DNA from: a virus
Lineage: Duplodnaviria > Caudoviricetes
IMG/VR virus record: IMGVR_UViG_3300030012_002820
Coordinates: 1-57,904 of that record
Strand: one strand, 5' to 3'
DNA: 57,904 nt
The first letter of the stretch is position 1. Each line of letters begins with the position of its first letter. The translations under genes and the position numbers were made by a program. This document shows, piece by piece, positions 9,637 through 20,394 of this stretch. The notes beneath the pieces were generated by a model. That model saw nothing but the letters and a program-made list of their open reading frames with translations. It was not told the DNA's origin and searched no databases.

Positions 9637-10436
9637 TATCTGCCTAATTCTTTTTCTTTGCTTTCAATTGGAGCACTTGTTCTTAAATTATTTCTCTTTG
9701 CTATTAATTCATCCCAATAGCTCTGACCTTCTTCTTGACTTATAGAAAGTCCATATTCTTCATTTAATGTTTGAAAATAATTTTCCCTTGCTAAATCAAA
9801 ATTATTTTTATTAGCTTTCATTGCTTTTCGAACTTGTCTTTGAGTTAGTTCATAATCAGATACGTCCTTACTTTTACTAAACATTTTTGAAGGCATTGTT
9901 TTTTCTAATGATTCGTATGAACTTCCTCCTTCACTTACTTCACCCATATAAGGTTCAAGTTCCCTTTTTCCCATGTCTTTATAAGCACCTGAAGCATCTA
10001 GATTTTGAAGTTCTAGATTAGTAAGAGATTCTCTTCCTAAAGAAGAAGCAAGATTACCATCCATCATTTTTTCATACAATGCTCTATTTTTGCTAGAAGC
10101 AAGAGTTCCAACACTTTGAATTTCTTTTGCTGTATATTCTTTATCTCCAACTATTGTTCTATTAGAGTAAACATCTTCAGGTCTTTTAAATAATCTTTGT
10201 TTTAAGGTTGGAGCATCTGCTTTATCTAACCCCATATATTCTCTTCCTGCGCTATAATCTTTCCAAGCTTGTTTTTTTTCAGTTAAATCAAAAACTGAAT
10301 CACCAATTGCCATTCCCATTTGAAGTCCTTGCGATGCAGTTTCTAATAAGCTCTGACCCATCTTAGCTTCGCCTTGAATTTTTAAAGCTTTTCTATTTGC
10401 TTGGGCTAAATTTCTTTGAGCACTTGCTAAACTCAT
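9636..10436 (-). CDS. putative internal virion protein, 266 aa
   Basis: First gene after an internal promoter; helical, Q/A-rich N-terminus. Confidence 0.45.
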   Translation of the reverse strand: MSLASAQRNLAQANRKALKIQGEAKMGQSLLETASQGLQMGMAIGDSVFDLTEKKQAWKDYSAGREYMGLDKADAPTLKQRLFKRPEDVYSNRTIVGDKEYTAKEIQSVGTLASSKNRALYEKMMDGNLASSLGRESLTNLELQNLDASGAYKDMGKRELEPYMGEVSEGGSSYESLEKTMPSKMFSKSKDVSDYELTQRQVRKAMKANKNNFDLARENYFQTLNEEYGLSISQEEGQSYWDELIAKRNNLRTSAPIESKEKELGR

Positions 10437-10463
10437 GTTATTTCACCTTTGATATTTGGTTAT

Positions 10464-10492
10464 AATTTACTAAACTATACATATCTTTTCAA
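10464..10492 (-). promoter_or_regulatory. sigma70-type promoter for the ejection-protein module
   Basis: TTGAAA-17 nt-TAAATT in the intergenic gap, followed by an AAGGTG RBS and ATG 10436. Confidence 0.6.
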
Positions 10493-11008
10493 TTAAATCC
10501 GAATATGCATTACTTTACCATCATTTCCGTCACCTCCATCTGAACCATCCGAACTACCACCATCACTTGTTCCACCATTTCCTCCATCACCACCTGAAAC
10601 ATCTGTAGTTCCTATACTACTAGAAGTAGTTATAACAACAATAGCACCACCATTTCCTCCTGCACCACCTCCTCCACCACCACCTGGACTATTAAAAGTA
10701 CCTGAACCTGCTACTCCACTTCCACCATCTCCTCCTGCAGAAGAAGGAACTGCTAATATAGTATTAGTTTCAGTACCTCCAGGAGTTCCATTTGCTCCAT
10801 TATCACCAATACTATTATTATGGTCGCCACCACCGCCACCTCCACCTCCCGCAGCACTTGAACAAACTTTTAATCTTACAGCATTGTTAGTTCCTTCCAT
10901 AACATCTCTCATCATTAAGATTAAATGAGGGTCTATTACTTCTAATCTAGTTATAGATTTAGTGACACTACCTGCGCCACCTGCACCTCCAGGATTACCT
11001 GCAGCCAT
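10493..11008 (-). CDS. glycine-rich virion protein
   Basis: Poly-Gly tracts and GGxIVVI motif resembling the C-terminus of the upstream 896-aa protein; AGGAG RBS. Confidence 0.65.
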   Translation of the reverse strand: MAAGNPGGAGGAGSVTKSITRLEVIDPHLILMMRDVMEGTNNAVRLKVCSSAAGGGGGGGGDHNNSIGDNGANGTPGGTETNTILAVPSSAGGDGGSGVAGSGTFNSPGGGGGGGAGGNGGAIVVITTSSSIGTTDVSGGDGGNGGTSDGGSSDGSDGGDGNDGKVMHIRI

Positions 11009-11017
11009 AATTAACTC

Positions 11018-13708
11018 CTATGTACTTTCACCATTAGAACCACTACCACCTTTTGCCCTAATAGTTCCACTATTTGATATATATCTTGCTGATATTAAAA
11101 TAATACCACCTGAACCTCCACCACCTCCACCAAATCCACCTGCATTTGCACTACCTTGAGTACCATTCCCTCCGAGTCCTCCATTTTTGCCTGAAGCACC
11201 TGCATGTAAATTAGCTCCTAAACCACCTGCAGCTCCAATTCTAGAGTTTACTGCATTGCTACCACTATTTTCTATAACAGCACCACTTTCTATAGTTAAA
11301 GTTCCATTGCAAAACAATCTATACCCTTGTGTATACAACGTAACTCCATTTTTTACTGTAAAATCTTTAAAATAGCCATCATTTACCATTCTCCAATTGT
11401 TACCATCTCTATACATTATTCTTTGACCATAACCATTAGATGTTTCTGTAGAGTTAGCAGGTGGCATATTTATAGCATAAGTAGACTCACCATAAGCACT
11501 GTCTCTTGTATTTGTATACACAATTGTGCTTACATAAGAAGAACCATTATAAGAATCAGTACCATCTCCAAATAATCTACTTCTTTCTATTAAATATGTA
11601 TTTGATGTTATGTCGCCATTTTGTTCAAAAGTAATATTGCCATTAGCAAAAGAAGCTGAACCATTATTATTAAGACTATAACCATTAGAAACAGCTATAT
11701 TACCACTACTACTCATAACAATATTAGAGCCTGTAATTGCAGAACCACTTATAGACCAACCACCAACACTTCCACCTGTTTTATCAGCACTATTAACTGC
11801 AGAATCAGTAGCAGCATCAGACCTATTTGCAGTAGCATTATTAGCAGGTGCATTAGCAGTACCAGCTACATCAGCCCAATTAGTATTAGTATTTAATGTA
11901 TTACTTGTAGTTAAATCTGTGCCACCAATATTAACAGTTCCTTTAAAAGCAGAAGTTCCATCAGATTCTACATAAAAAGTAGGGGTATGTATTTCTCCTG
12001 TGCTTAAAAATGTAATATGACCATTAGAAGAAAATCCACTTGTAGTTTTATTTCCACTATAAATAGCACTTCCATCAATAGTCCATCCACCTACTGAACC
12101 ACCTGTTTTGTCTGCGTTGTTTACATCACTAGCGTTTTGAGCGTCATTTGCTTTACTTTCTATAGTACTAGCTGCAGTTCCTCCTATTGTTACGCTGTTA
12201 GTAATAGTACCACTAGTAGCGTAAAAATGACCTTTTAAATGAACGCTATCAGAATACAAGCCAAATAAATTACTTTGGCTACCATTTAATCCTGCATTTG
12301 TATCTGTAATGCCATCTAGCTTACCTAATCTTACTTTAGGCGCAGAACTTGTCCAATCAGAATAAGAATCTATATCAGCTTTTATGTCTATAAATGGAGA
12401 GTTGCTATCATCAGATGTTAAATATATAATACCTTGTCTTGCTGAATTACTAGTATTACCAATTCTAACAAAATCATCTCCTGCTGATGGAGAGCTAGTA
12501 TTATTAAATCCACCATTTTCAACAGTAATAGTTTTTCCATTTACACTAGCTACTTTGTATATTAATTTTTTTATAACATTAGTTGCACCACCTGCCGCAT
12601 TACTAGCAACCAAAGCTCCAGGATTTATTCTTTGCATCATTATTAAATCATTAGCTGCAAATGGGCAAATATTATTATTACTTGGGTCTTCAAAAGTTAT
12701 TGTTCCATCATCATCACTAGCACTTAAACCACTTGAGCTTTCTACTTTTGCTGAAGAAGAAACAAATATAGCCCCATTAGTTGCTCTAATTTGTTGTATT
12801 AATAATTCAAATACTGAAAGAGTACCTCTAACAGTAGCACTGCCTACTGACAAATGACCTGTATTGTCTATTTTCCATCCACTACCTGTGAAGCCTGAAG
12901 CAAAAGGGTGTGAAGATATATCATCACCTTTAACTAAAATATCTCCATTAGTAGTTAAATCATTAAAAGTTGGCGATGAACTTGTAGTTAAATGTTGACC
13001 TGTATTGTATTCAAGTTGTGTATCACCAATAGAATCATTTGCAATACTTAAAGCTGCAGTACTACCTTCTCCTTGACTATGACTAACAGATACTTGACTA
13101 TTGCCTGTAACATTAGACATATAATTACCTGTTGTATCTGTGCCTAATGCAACTGAGTCAGGTTGTATAGTTAATGAACCTGTCCCATTTCCTAAATTAG
13201 TTAATGTTAAAGAGCCATGCACATCTCCACTATTAAAGTTTACAACAGGAGATTTATTTATAGTAGTGCCTGATGCAATGTCTCCACCATTAATATCAAT
13301 ATTTGAAAAAGAAGGCTGACCTGTAAAGGAGTGATTTGCACTAATAGTTCTTGCAATTGTATTATGTACATATTGTGAATGGTCATCAGCAGTTAAATTA
13401 GCTAAATCATTATGAGATAATACACTTACAGTAAAACCTCCGCCTGAAGAAGTAGATGTAGCACTTACCCCTGAAGCTATTGACACAGAACTTGCAACTT
13501 TATCTCCTTGATTAGTATTAGCTTGAGATGTACCCATCTCTTTCCAACCTGTTTCATCTCTAACAAGATGTACTAATCCTTTGCCAGGTATTTTTCTAAA
13601 TTGTTGTGTGCCAACCCTACCTTCTAATGTTGATGGATTACCTCTATCTAGTGTAGGATTTTCAGCTTGTTGATGCCTTGCTCTTCTTGTGTCTTTAGAA
13701 GTAGGCAT
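11018..13708 (-). CDS. tail spike/fibre-like structural protein, 896 aa
   Basis: S/T/G/N-rich beta repeats, internal duplication (VNxADKTGGSVGGWxIxGSAI twice), VRLGKLDG motif and Gly-rich C-terminus. Confidence 0.7.
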   Translation of the reverse strand: MPTSKDTRRARHQQAENPTLDRGNPSTLEGRVGTQQFRKIPGKGLVHLVRDETGWKEMGTSQANTNQGDKVASSVSIASGVSATSTSSGGGFTVSVLSHNDLANLTADDHSQYVHNTIARTISANHSFTGQPSFSNIDINGGDIASGTTINKSPVVNFNSGDVHGSLTLTNLGNGTGSLTIQPDSVALGTDTTGNYMSNVTGNSQVSVSHSQGEGSTAALSIANDSIGDTQLEYNTGQHLTTSSSPTFNDLTTNGDILVKGDDISSHPFASGFTGSGWKIDNTGHLSVGSATVRGTLSVFELLIQQIRATNGAIFVSSSAKVESSSGLSASDDDGTITFEDPSNNNICPFAANDLIMMQRINPGALVASNAAGGATNVIKKLIYKVASVNGKTITVENGGFNNTSSPSAGDDFVRIGNTSNSARQGIIYLTSDDSNSPFIDIKADIDSYSDWTSSAPKVRLGKLDGITDTNAGLNGSQSNLFGLYSDSVHLKGHFYATSGTITNSVTIGGTAASTIESKANDAQNASDVNNADKTGGSVGGWTIDGSAIYSGNKTTSGFSSNGHITFLSTGEIHTPTFYVESDGTSAFKGTVNIGGTDLTTSNTLNTNTNWADVAGTANAPANNATANRSDAATDSAVNSADKTGGSVGGWSISGSAITGSNIVMSSSGNIAVSNGYSLNNNGSASFANGNITFEQNGDITSNTYLIERSRLFGDGTDSYNGSSYVSTIVYTNTRDSAYGESTYAINMPPANSTETSNGYGQRIMYRDGNNWRMVNDGYFKDFTVKNGVTLYTQGYRLFCNGTLTIESGAVIENSGSNAVNSRIGAAGGLGANLHAGASGKNGGLGGNGTQGSANAGGFGGGGGGSGGIILISARYISNSGTIRAKGGSGSNGEST

Positions 13709-16575
13709 TATTTCATAGGTTTCTCTCTATAGACAATTGTTATATCATTGATAGAAAAATCAGCAGGCACAGTGCCACTTGATGAAAAAACTAATTGTAC
13801 AGAGCGTATATTGTTTACAGAAGAAGGAGGAATTAATTCTGCTTGTTTCCAATCACCACTAGTGTCTAATAATCCTTGTGTATTATTATATGCAGTAGTT
13901 GATGTGCCTGAAAATACAGAAGAATTTGAAATCTCAGTTCCAGTACTTCCTATTAAATCTTCTCCATTAGTACCAAAATGTACTCTTAATTTAGAATTAC
14001 CAGTACATTTATAAGTCACATAAAATTTAAAACATTTTTTTCTAGACGCAGGATTGCCAAATGTAAAATCTTTTGTTACAAATCTTACAGACGTAGCAGC
14101 TAAAGAGGTATCATCCCATTTTCTTAATTTATAAGAACCTCCTGAATTTGTAAAATATTTTATATTATCATCAACATCTAATATAAAATTAGTTTTATTG
14201 TTAGATAATTTACCTGTTCCTTTTGTCCAAGACTTAGTATAAAAAGAAAATTCAAATGTATCTACACCATTAGTTCCACCACTAACTATTATTTTTTTGT
14301 TTAAAGGTAAATATCCAATATCTGAAGTAGCTGAAACAAATGTTTGCCATTCAGATTCTAATATTTTACCATCTATTAAATTAGAAACTCTCTCTCCATC
14401 ATATAAATAACAACCATTTTCATTAACCCATGCTATTCCTATATCAGTAGAGCAACTAGCAGATGGATGTGCTATTCCTTTACCAACAAAAGTGTCTTCT
14501 AAAAATTCAGCATCTCTTGTAGCATTTATTAAATACATTACATTTTTCTTATATTGCAATATTCTATCAGCATAAGATTCTAATTTTACAATAACATCGC
14601 CATCATTATTAACAACATCAATACTTCTTCCTTCAGAAGGTATTACATCAAAACCACCAACTTTACTTTTAATCATTCTATCGCCAAACTTTTTGCTGTT
14701 TTGATATACGTTAGCAACATAAGTTCTTCTGTTTAAAACTGTAGCTGTTTGATAACTAGCTATAATACTATCTACGCTAGGCTTAAATCCGTTAATTGCT
14801 TCATAAGATTCTAAAAGTGGCAATCCATCAGTTTTAATTGTATTAGATACCTTATCTGTATCGTTTGAAAATCTACCTGTTTTAGGATATTCAGATTCCC
14901 ACGCACCTTTTAAACCTTTTAAATATTTTAATTGTGCTATTCTATAAGGTACACCATCATCTTCTATATATAGATTTGCACCTGTAACACGATTATTTCC
15001 AACAGATGTATTAACCCTAGCTTGTATTCCTATTTGGTATGCATTTGTAGAATCATCAAGGATAATTTCTTGATTTGCTCCACCTCCAAAATCATATAAT
15101 AAACTTTCAGCTTCAGTTTCATCATAAGTATAACTAAATAAAAACTTTTGTTTTCCTCTTGTAGTTACACCTATTAAATCACTATCTCCAACTCTCATAT
15201 CAGACAATTGTATTAATTCCCATCCAGGAAGGTCTTTCCATTTAGAATAAGGCGAAGGGTCATCAGCTGCTGTAACGCCATTACTATAAATATCTCCATC
15301 TCTAACCCAAGTCGTTGACATATCTAATTCAAACATTCCAGGATAAAAAGTACTTGATATTGCTGTTTCATAAGCATCATCATAAGGAAACTCTAAAATA
15401 TGCCATTGACCTGCAGGTGTGCTAACATCTGTAAATTTTGTATGGTCAATACGCCATTTCATATAATTATTAAAATTTTGATTATCTATAATTTTTATAT
15501 AAGCATCTGCTATATTAAAAGACACTGTAGATTGATTTGATAAATTTCTTGTATGTGTTCCTAACCAATATTGTTGATTCTCTTTACCTGTCATTCTAAC
15601 TGCTATATAAATAGATTGACCACTCCCAAAGCTTTTACGACTACTTTGATTAAAAGTAGAACCATAAGTAGTCCATTTTAAGTCAGCACTAGCATCATCG
15701 TCTTCTTTTTTAAAAGCAATACCAAAAGAATGATAGTTACTAGAATTATATCCATCTGTTCCTCTAAAAGATGTTTGCCAATGCTCTCTATTTATATTAT
15801 CATCTCCAGGAGTATTTCCCTCTGCATATGTTAATTGAAAAGTATGGGTATATAAATTGTTATTATCAGGATTACCACTAGAAGTTCCTGCTCCAGGAGA
15901 TTCTGATACATGTGAAAAATTATATAATTGGTCATCAGGTACTAAGTTCCTAACTGTCCAATGTATACCTGTTGATGGTGCGTTAGTAGACGTACTTTGC
16001 GATATAGAGCCCACAGTGGGGGCTAGAAGCTCTTGTTTTTCTCTTTTCCAACCTGTAATCGAAACAGGACTAGAAGCGTCAGGAAAGAGACTTCTATTTA
16101 TTGCACCTATCCATTGAGGTGGATTGTTTGTATTAGCAAAATTTGCATCAGATATTCTTAATGCTCCATCTACATAATAGTAAACAGGTTTAGCTGTTTC
16201 ATCAGTTCCCCAATCAGAAGATAAATCTAATACATTAGCAACTGTAGCCCATGTAGTATTCCCAGGCAACCAATAAAATTTACCTAAATTATCAACCCAT
16301 AATATTATATAATCTGTATCAGTTTGTGTTGTTCCATTAGCTGCATAATCACTACTAAATCTAAATAAAGAATAGCCATCGGTTATAGTACTTGCACTAG
16401 GTGCACTGTTAGTAGTAATGTCAACAGAACCTCCTGACATAGTTATTTGCCCTACAGTATCAACAGATATATTATTAGCTTGAGCTAATTCATCTTGAGC
16501 TATATCCCTAGAATCTGTTTTAGTATTTAACCCATTGTGAAAACTACTTATAGCTAAATGTTGCTTTCCTGCCAT
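13708..16575 (-). CDS. tail nozzle / tubular protein B-like (stabilisation) protein, 955 aa
   Basis: N-terminal F..GLNT..D.RDI..DE....N pattern; beta-propeller-like C-terminal half ending TKDFTFGNPASRKK...INDITIVYR; podovirus gene order. Confidence 0.65.
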   Translation of the reverse strand: MAGKQHLAISSFHNGLNTKTDSRDIAQDELAQANNISVDTVGQITMSGGSVDITTNSAPSASTITDGYSLFRFSSDYAANGTTQTDTDYIILWVDNLGKFYWLPGNTTWATVANVLDLSSDWGTDETAKPVYYYVDGALRISDANFANTNNPPQWIGAINRSLFPDASSPVSITGWKREKQELLAPTVGSISQSTSTNAPSTGIHWTVRNLVPDDQLYNFSHVSESPGAGTSSGNPDNNNLYTHTFQLTYAEGNTPGDDNINREHWQTSFRGTDGYNSSNYHSFGIAFKKEDDDASADLKWTTYGSTFNQSSRKSFGSGQSIYIAVRMTGKENQQYWLGTHTRNLSNQSTVSFNIADAYIKIIDNQNFNNYMKWRIDHTKFTDVSTPAGQWHILEFPYDDAYETAISSTFYPGMFELDMSTTWVRDGDIYSNGVTAADDPSPYSKWKDLPGWELIQLSDMRVGDSDLIGVTTRGKQKFLFSYTYDETEAESLLYDFGGGANQEIILDDSTNAYQIGIQARVNTSVGNNRVTGANLYIEDDGVPYRIAQLKYLKGLKGAWESEYPKTGRFSNDTDKVSNTIKTDGLPLLESYEAINGFKPSVDSIIASYQTATVLNRRTYVANVYQNSKKFGDRMIKSKVGGFDVIPSEGRSIDVVNNDGDVIVKLESYADRILQYKKNVMYLINATRDAEFLEDTFVGKGIAHPSASCSTDIGIAWVNENGCYLYDGERVSNLIDGKILESEWQTFVSATSDIGYLPLNKKIIVSGGTNGVDTFEFSFYTKSWTKGTGKLSNNKTNFILDVDDNIKYFTNSGGSYKLRKWDDTSLAATSVRFVTKDFTFGNPASRKKCFKFYVTYKCTGNSKLRVHFGTNGEDLIGSTGTEISNSSVFSGTSTTAYNNTQGLLDTSGDWKQAELIPPSSVNNIRSVQLVFSSSGTVPADFSINDITIVYREKPMK

Positions 16576-16577
16576 TT

Positions 16578-17060
16578 TTATATATCTTTACGTTTTTCAG
16601 CCTTTTCAAGAAAATGTGCAATAGTACCTGCTCCTCCTTCTGTATTATAATATTTTTTCCAATAATCTGCCATACCTTCTAAATCCATAGGTATTTTTTT
16701 AGGTACACGCCAATATTTAATTCTGCAAAATATTATACCTGCAAACATATTACCCCATAACAAATGTTTTAACCCTTCATCTGTTAAATCTAACAATCTA
16801 TCAGGTTCAATATGCATAATATCACATACTCTATTTAGCTTTTTTTCTCTATAAGAAAGATAATTTTCGATACAATCTTTTGCAGTAGCACTTTCTACTT
16901 GCCAAAAAGAACGAGCAATCCCTGAACCGATTTGATATATATAATCATATCCTGATTCTACCATACCTGTAAGGAATACTAACTCTTCAGATTCAGGGCT
17001 CCACATACCCATTTTTTCAAGAGTATCTTTAATTAAAGCTCTTATTTGTTTATGGTTCAT
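16578..17060 (-). CDS. putative endolysin (lysozyme-like fold)
   Basis: VESG...ARSFWQVE...YWKKYYNT.GGAGT; follows small membrane-protein genes. Confidence 0.6.
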   Translation of the reverse strand: MNHKQIRALIKDTLEKMGMWSPESEELVFLTGMVESGYDYIYQIGSGIARSFWQVESATAKDCIENYLSYREKKLNRVCDIMHIEPDRLLDLTDEGLKHLLWGNMFAGIIFCRIKYWRVPKKIPMDLEGMADYWKKYYNTEGGAGTIAHFLEKAEKRKDI

Positions 17061-17308
17061 TTAAAAATTTGCCATTTTAGATTTATAATCGCCTTTACGA
17101 CATCTAAAACTTCTTTCATGATTTTTTCTTTTTCAGCTTTAGTAATCTTTTTATCTCTGTTAGCATCTTCTAATGTTTTAACTACATCTTGCAGTTCTTT
17201 CATTATACTTCTATAACGAGTACTAACTAGAGTTAGACCACCTGCTAATAAAATCCCAATTAGATAAAAGAAATTTGTCCAACTGAGATAACCCATCAAA
17301 AAGTCCAT
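17057..17308 (-). CDS. holin-like membrane protein
   Basis: One N-terminal TM helix and a basic amphipathic C-terminus; adjacent to the endolysin. Confidence 0.5.
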   Translation of the reverse strand: MDFLMGYLSWTNFFYLIGILLAGGLTLVSTRYRSIMKELQDVVKTLEDANRDKKITKAEKEKIMKEVLDVVKAIINLKWQIFK

Positions 17309-17325
17309 ATCATACTCCTATTTTA

Positions 17326-17586
17326 TTAATTGTTTTTACCACCATTTATTCTGCCTTTTAGATAGTTAAGGTCATCACTAATATCATTTATTTCTTTAAT
17401 AATATCTTCGTGTCTTCTATCTCTTCCTTCATCAGACCTATTCCATCTATCTATAAGCTTTATACAGATATTCTCTATTTCTCCTAATTTGCTCATCAAT
17501 GTTTTTTGTAGAAACATTATTTGACCTGCAAATAGAAAAACTACAACACCTACTATCCCCCATTCTGCTAAATTAAAGTCAGCCAT
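17326..17586 (-). CDS. membrane-anchored coiled-coil protein (holin/i-spanin-like)
   Basis: TM segment WGIVGVVVFLFAG followed by a coiled coil ending LKGRING. Confidence 0.45.
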   Translation of the reverse strand: MADFNLAEWGIVGVVVFLFAGQIMFLQKTLMSKLGEIENICIKLIDRWNRSDEGRDRRHEDIIKEINDISDDLNYLKGRINGGKNN

Positions 17587-17655
17587 AACTACGCTCCCTG
17601 ACTGTATTCGAGGAGGAGGCGATTTGTGAAGAGGTAAGCAAAGAGCGTAGTATGA

Positions 17656-17799
17656 CTAATTAGATAATTCATTTTTTATCTTTATTATTATATATATTAA
17701 TGTTGCTGCGGAAACTAAAGTTTGAAGCACCATAGGCAAATTTACCCACCAAACGCCTACTCCTAAAACTCCATTACCTACAGTTTTTAAACTATCCAA
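17656..17799 (-). CDS. 47-aa membrane peptide (not in ORF track)
   Basis: TTG start after AAGGA; MDSLKTVGNGVLGVGVWWVNLPMVLQTLVSAATLIYIIIKIKNELSN; lies in the lysis cluster. Confidence 0.6.
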   Translation of the reverse strand: MDSLKTVGNGVLGVGVWWVNLPMVLQTLVSAATLIYIIIKIKNELSN

Positions 17800-17871
17800 T
17801 GTTATTTTTCCTTTATTAGTTTTACAACAACATTAAAAGCAGTTCCTACATTATAAGTATAGTACTTATAG

Positions 17872-18063
17872 CTACTTGGCAGGTTCACTTGCAAGTTCTT
17901 TTAATCCTGCTATTGCACCTTCAAGAGCTATTTTTTGTGTAGTTCTTTCTTGCTGCATTTGTGTTATTTGTTGTAATTCATCAGTTACTTTTTTTAAGTT
18001 TTCTTCATGCTGTTTTATTTTAGCATCAATTTCACTTACTTTTACGCCTTTCTTCTCAGACAT
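17872..18063 (-). CDS. small coiled-coil protein
   Basis: AAGGAG RBS; heptad-rich 63 aa. Confidence 0.7.
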   Translation of the reverse strand: MSEKKGVKVSEIDAKIKQHEENLKKVTDELQQITQMQQERTTQKIALEGAIAGLKELASEPAK

Positions 18064-18076
18064 ATTTAACTCCTTC

Positions 18077-18388
18077 TCAGTTATTTTTTATGTTTTCTTC
18101 GTTTTTATTATTCCATTCTATTTCTTTTAGAATAATAATATTCTCATTGTTTATATTAATTGTATCAAGCTGATATTGTATTCTTTTTAAAATACTATCA
18201 ACTTCCCACATACTTTCATATAAATCTTTTTCTATTTCTTCAGAACTTTTTCCAATATAAAAATTGTCACAAGCCCACAGGAATATACAAGCAAACAGCA
18301 TATAAGCCCAAGCACGATAAAAATACTTACTAGGTTTAAAATAATATTTTTTATCCACAACATTCACACATACAACAGTCGCAATCAC
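18077..18388 (-). CDS. putative lipoprotein (o-spanin-like)
   Basis: Hydrophobic stretch ending in a lipobox-like LWA-C, followed by a coiled coil; start codon uncertain. Confidence 0.4.
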   Translation of the reverse strand: MIATVVCVNVVDKKYYFKPSKYFYRAWAYMLFACIFLWACDNFYIGKSSEEIEKDLYESMWEVDSILKRIQYQLDTININNENIIILKEIEWNNKNEENIKNN

Positions 18389-18391
18389 ATT

Positions 18392-18721
18392 TTAATTCCA
18401 TGGTGCTTCCTTAGGTTTTGGTTGTTCAAATATTAAATTTTCTTCAAAAATTGCTTCTATACCTTCTTTTCTATTTTTAATCATATCATCAGTAATATAT
18501 TTTTTAATCCATTCTCTAACTTCTTCTTTAGTTAAAGATGAATATTCTGAAAATGTTTTTTCGTCAGGCTCGTCTAAAAAAACAATTTGGTCGCTAATTT
18601 GAACTCTATCATCGCTATGTGTAGCAGTTAACACCCATTTAACACTTACAATCACATCTTCTAAATTACCTTTTTTAACTACTTGTATATCTTTTAAATC
18701 TTCTTCGTATGATATTGCCAT
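18392..18721 (-). CDS. tail-fibre-associated small protein
   Basis: LEDVIVSVKW...F.EYSSLTKEEV.EW...PW pattern typical of genes that follow fibre genes. Confidence 0.55.
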   Translation of the reverse strand: MAISYEEDLKDIQVVKKGNLEDVIVSVKWVLTATHSDDRVQISDQIVFLDEPDEKTFSEYSSLTKEEVREWIKKYITDDMIKNRKEGIEAIFEENLIFEQPKPKEAPWN

Positions 18722-18729
18722 ATAAACCC

Positions 18730-20394
18730 TTATTCAGCTATTTGATAAACTCTAACAGTAAAACTTAAACTACCGTTTGTTCTTTGTATTCTCAACATTC
18801 CACTACCTGTGTTAAAAGTAAAATGATATGTATTACCACTTGTTCCTGTGCTTGTGATAGTCGCTTGATTAGAAGTCCATGTATTACTATCAGAATCAAA
18901 TAAAGACCAATTGTAAGCAATGCCTGAGCCTCCAATAGGAAAGCCCATTGTAGATAAACCTCCTGCTGAGTCCTCTACCTTAACTATAAATGGTCTTTGA
19001 TGCACTTGCGTTAAATCGTGTAAGTTATTATTACTAAAACTATTACTAGTTAGCCTTTTAAATTCTGCTTGTTGAGTTTTTAATCCTGAATCACCATCTA
19101 CAACGCCACCTTGAGCAGTAAAATTACTTTTTAAAGTAGCTGACCCATCGCCCATTACAGAAAATAAAGCAACAGTTTGGTCATAATTAGAAACATATAA
19201 AGCATAATGTGAACTTGTACTACCACCTCTAATTTTAGTACCATGACCTGTAGAACTTTGATTATACAATTCTGTACCAAATTGACTTGCATAATTAGCA
19301 ACTACATAAAGTTTTTGTTGGCACTCAACGTGCCCTGCTTCAGATAAAAGTAAAGAATATTTTTGACTATCTCCTGAGTTAGTATAAAATTTAAATGAAC
19401 CATGTGCTGAACCACCAGTAGCGTGTAAAGGTACTTCTATTCTAGCACCTGTATTGTTAGAGGTAAATGATGAATTAGCACTACCAAAAGCTATATTAGC
19501 TGTATTCCATCCTGCATTAGGATAAAATAATTGATTTCCATAAGAAGTAGCATTTCCACCAACTGTCATCGCTGTTCCAGATGTTGGTGCAAGAACTAAA
19601 GGAGTCGTATTCCCTGCAGAAAAATTTACAGCATCATCTGTAAATCTTATAAATGTATCTGTATCTCCAGAGTGTACAAGTCTTTCTGTTATGTGCGTGT
19701 ACCCTGAACTGTCTATTTTTAAAGCATCTATTTTACTAGAACCACCTGTGCCACCTACTTTAAATATTAAACCATTGGTTATCTCGTTTGATACAATTTG
19801 TGTGCTAGAGTTACCACTATTGTGAAAATCAATTTTTGCTGTATCTCCTGAATGATGGTCATATACTACTCTAATACCTTGATTTGTGCCTGCAGCTTTT
19901 AATCTCATATTAGCATTACCACTAGCAGTTTCCATATCAAATTCATAACCACTTTGAGGAGATTTACCAATACCTATAGCAGTAGTTTGTATATTTCCTG
20001 CAAAAGTAGTTCCTCCACCATCAAGTAAACTTATTTCTACACCACCACCTTCTTTTAAAATTTCTACATCATTGTTACTACTATTCCATCTCATACCACC
20101 TCTAGCACCTGAACCTGTAAAAGTAAATCCTATGTTACCACTATTATCAGTACCATCTATATCTAATTGAGGGTAAGTGTCAGATGCAATATCAGCTTGA
20201 CCTGAAACATTTAAACTTGTAAGAGTGCCTACTGAAGTAAGTGAACTTGCAGTTACTCCACTTGCTAAAGTATTTCCCGTTAAACCACTAGCAGGAGCTG
20301 CTGAAGCAGTATCAATAGTAATATTGTTAGGTATGTTAGCATCAGATAAATTACCTGATACAAATGAATCTAATTTTATTTTAGTTAACGCCAT
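18730..20394 (-). CDS. tail fibre protein, 554 aa
   Basis: MALTKI start, SSLTSVGTL motif, G/S/T-rich beta repeats. Confidence 0.75.
   Translation of the reverse strand: MALTKIKLDSFVSGNLSDANIPNNITIDTASAAPASGLTGNTLASGVTASSLTSVGTLTSLNVSGQADIASDTYPQLDIDGTDNSGNIGFTFTGSGARGGMRWNSSNNDVEILKEGGGVEISLLDGGGTTFAGNIQTTAIGIGKSPQSGYEFDMETASGNANMRLKAAGTNQGIRVVYDHHSGDTAKIDFHNSGNSSTQIVSNEITNGLIFKVGGTGGSSKIDALKIDSSGYTHITERLVHSGDTDTFIRFTDDAVNFSAGNTTPLVLAPTSGTAMTVGGNATSYGNQLFYPNAGWNTANIAFGSANSSFTSNNTGARIEVPLHATGGSAHGSFKFYTNSGDSQKYSLLLSEAGHVECQQKLYVVANYASQFGTELYNQSSTGHGTKIRGGSTSSHYALYVSNYDQTVALFSVMGDGSATLKSNFTAQGGVVDGDSGLKTQQAEFKRLTSNSFSNNNLHDLTQVHQRPFIVKVEDSAGGLSTMGFPIGGSGIAYNWSLFDSDSNTWTSNQATITSTGTSGNTYHFTFNTGSGMLRIQRTNGSLSFTVRVYQIAE

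Noticed and set aside
17589-17672. 27-codon minus-strand ORF in the lysis cluster
   Set aside because: Very short, no clear RBS, atypical codons; cannot be supported.
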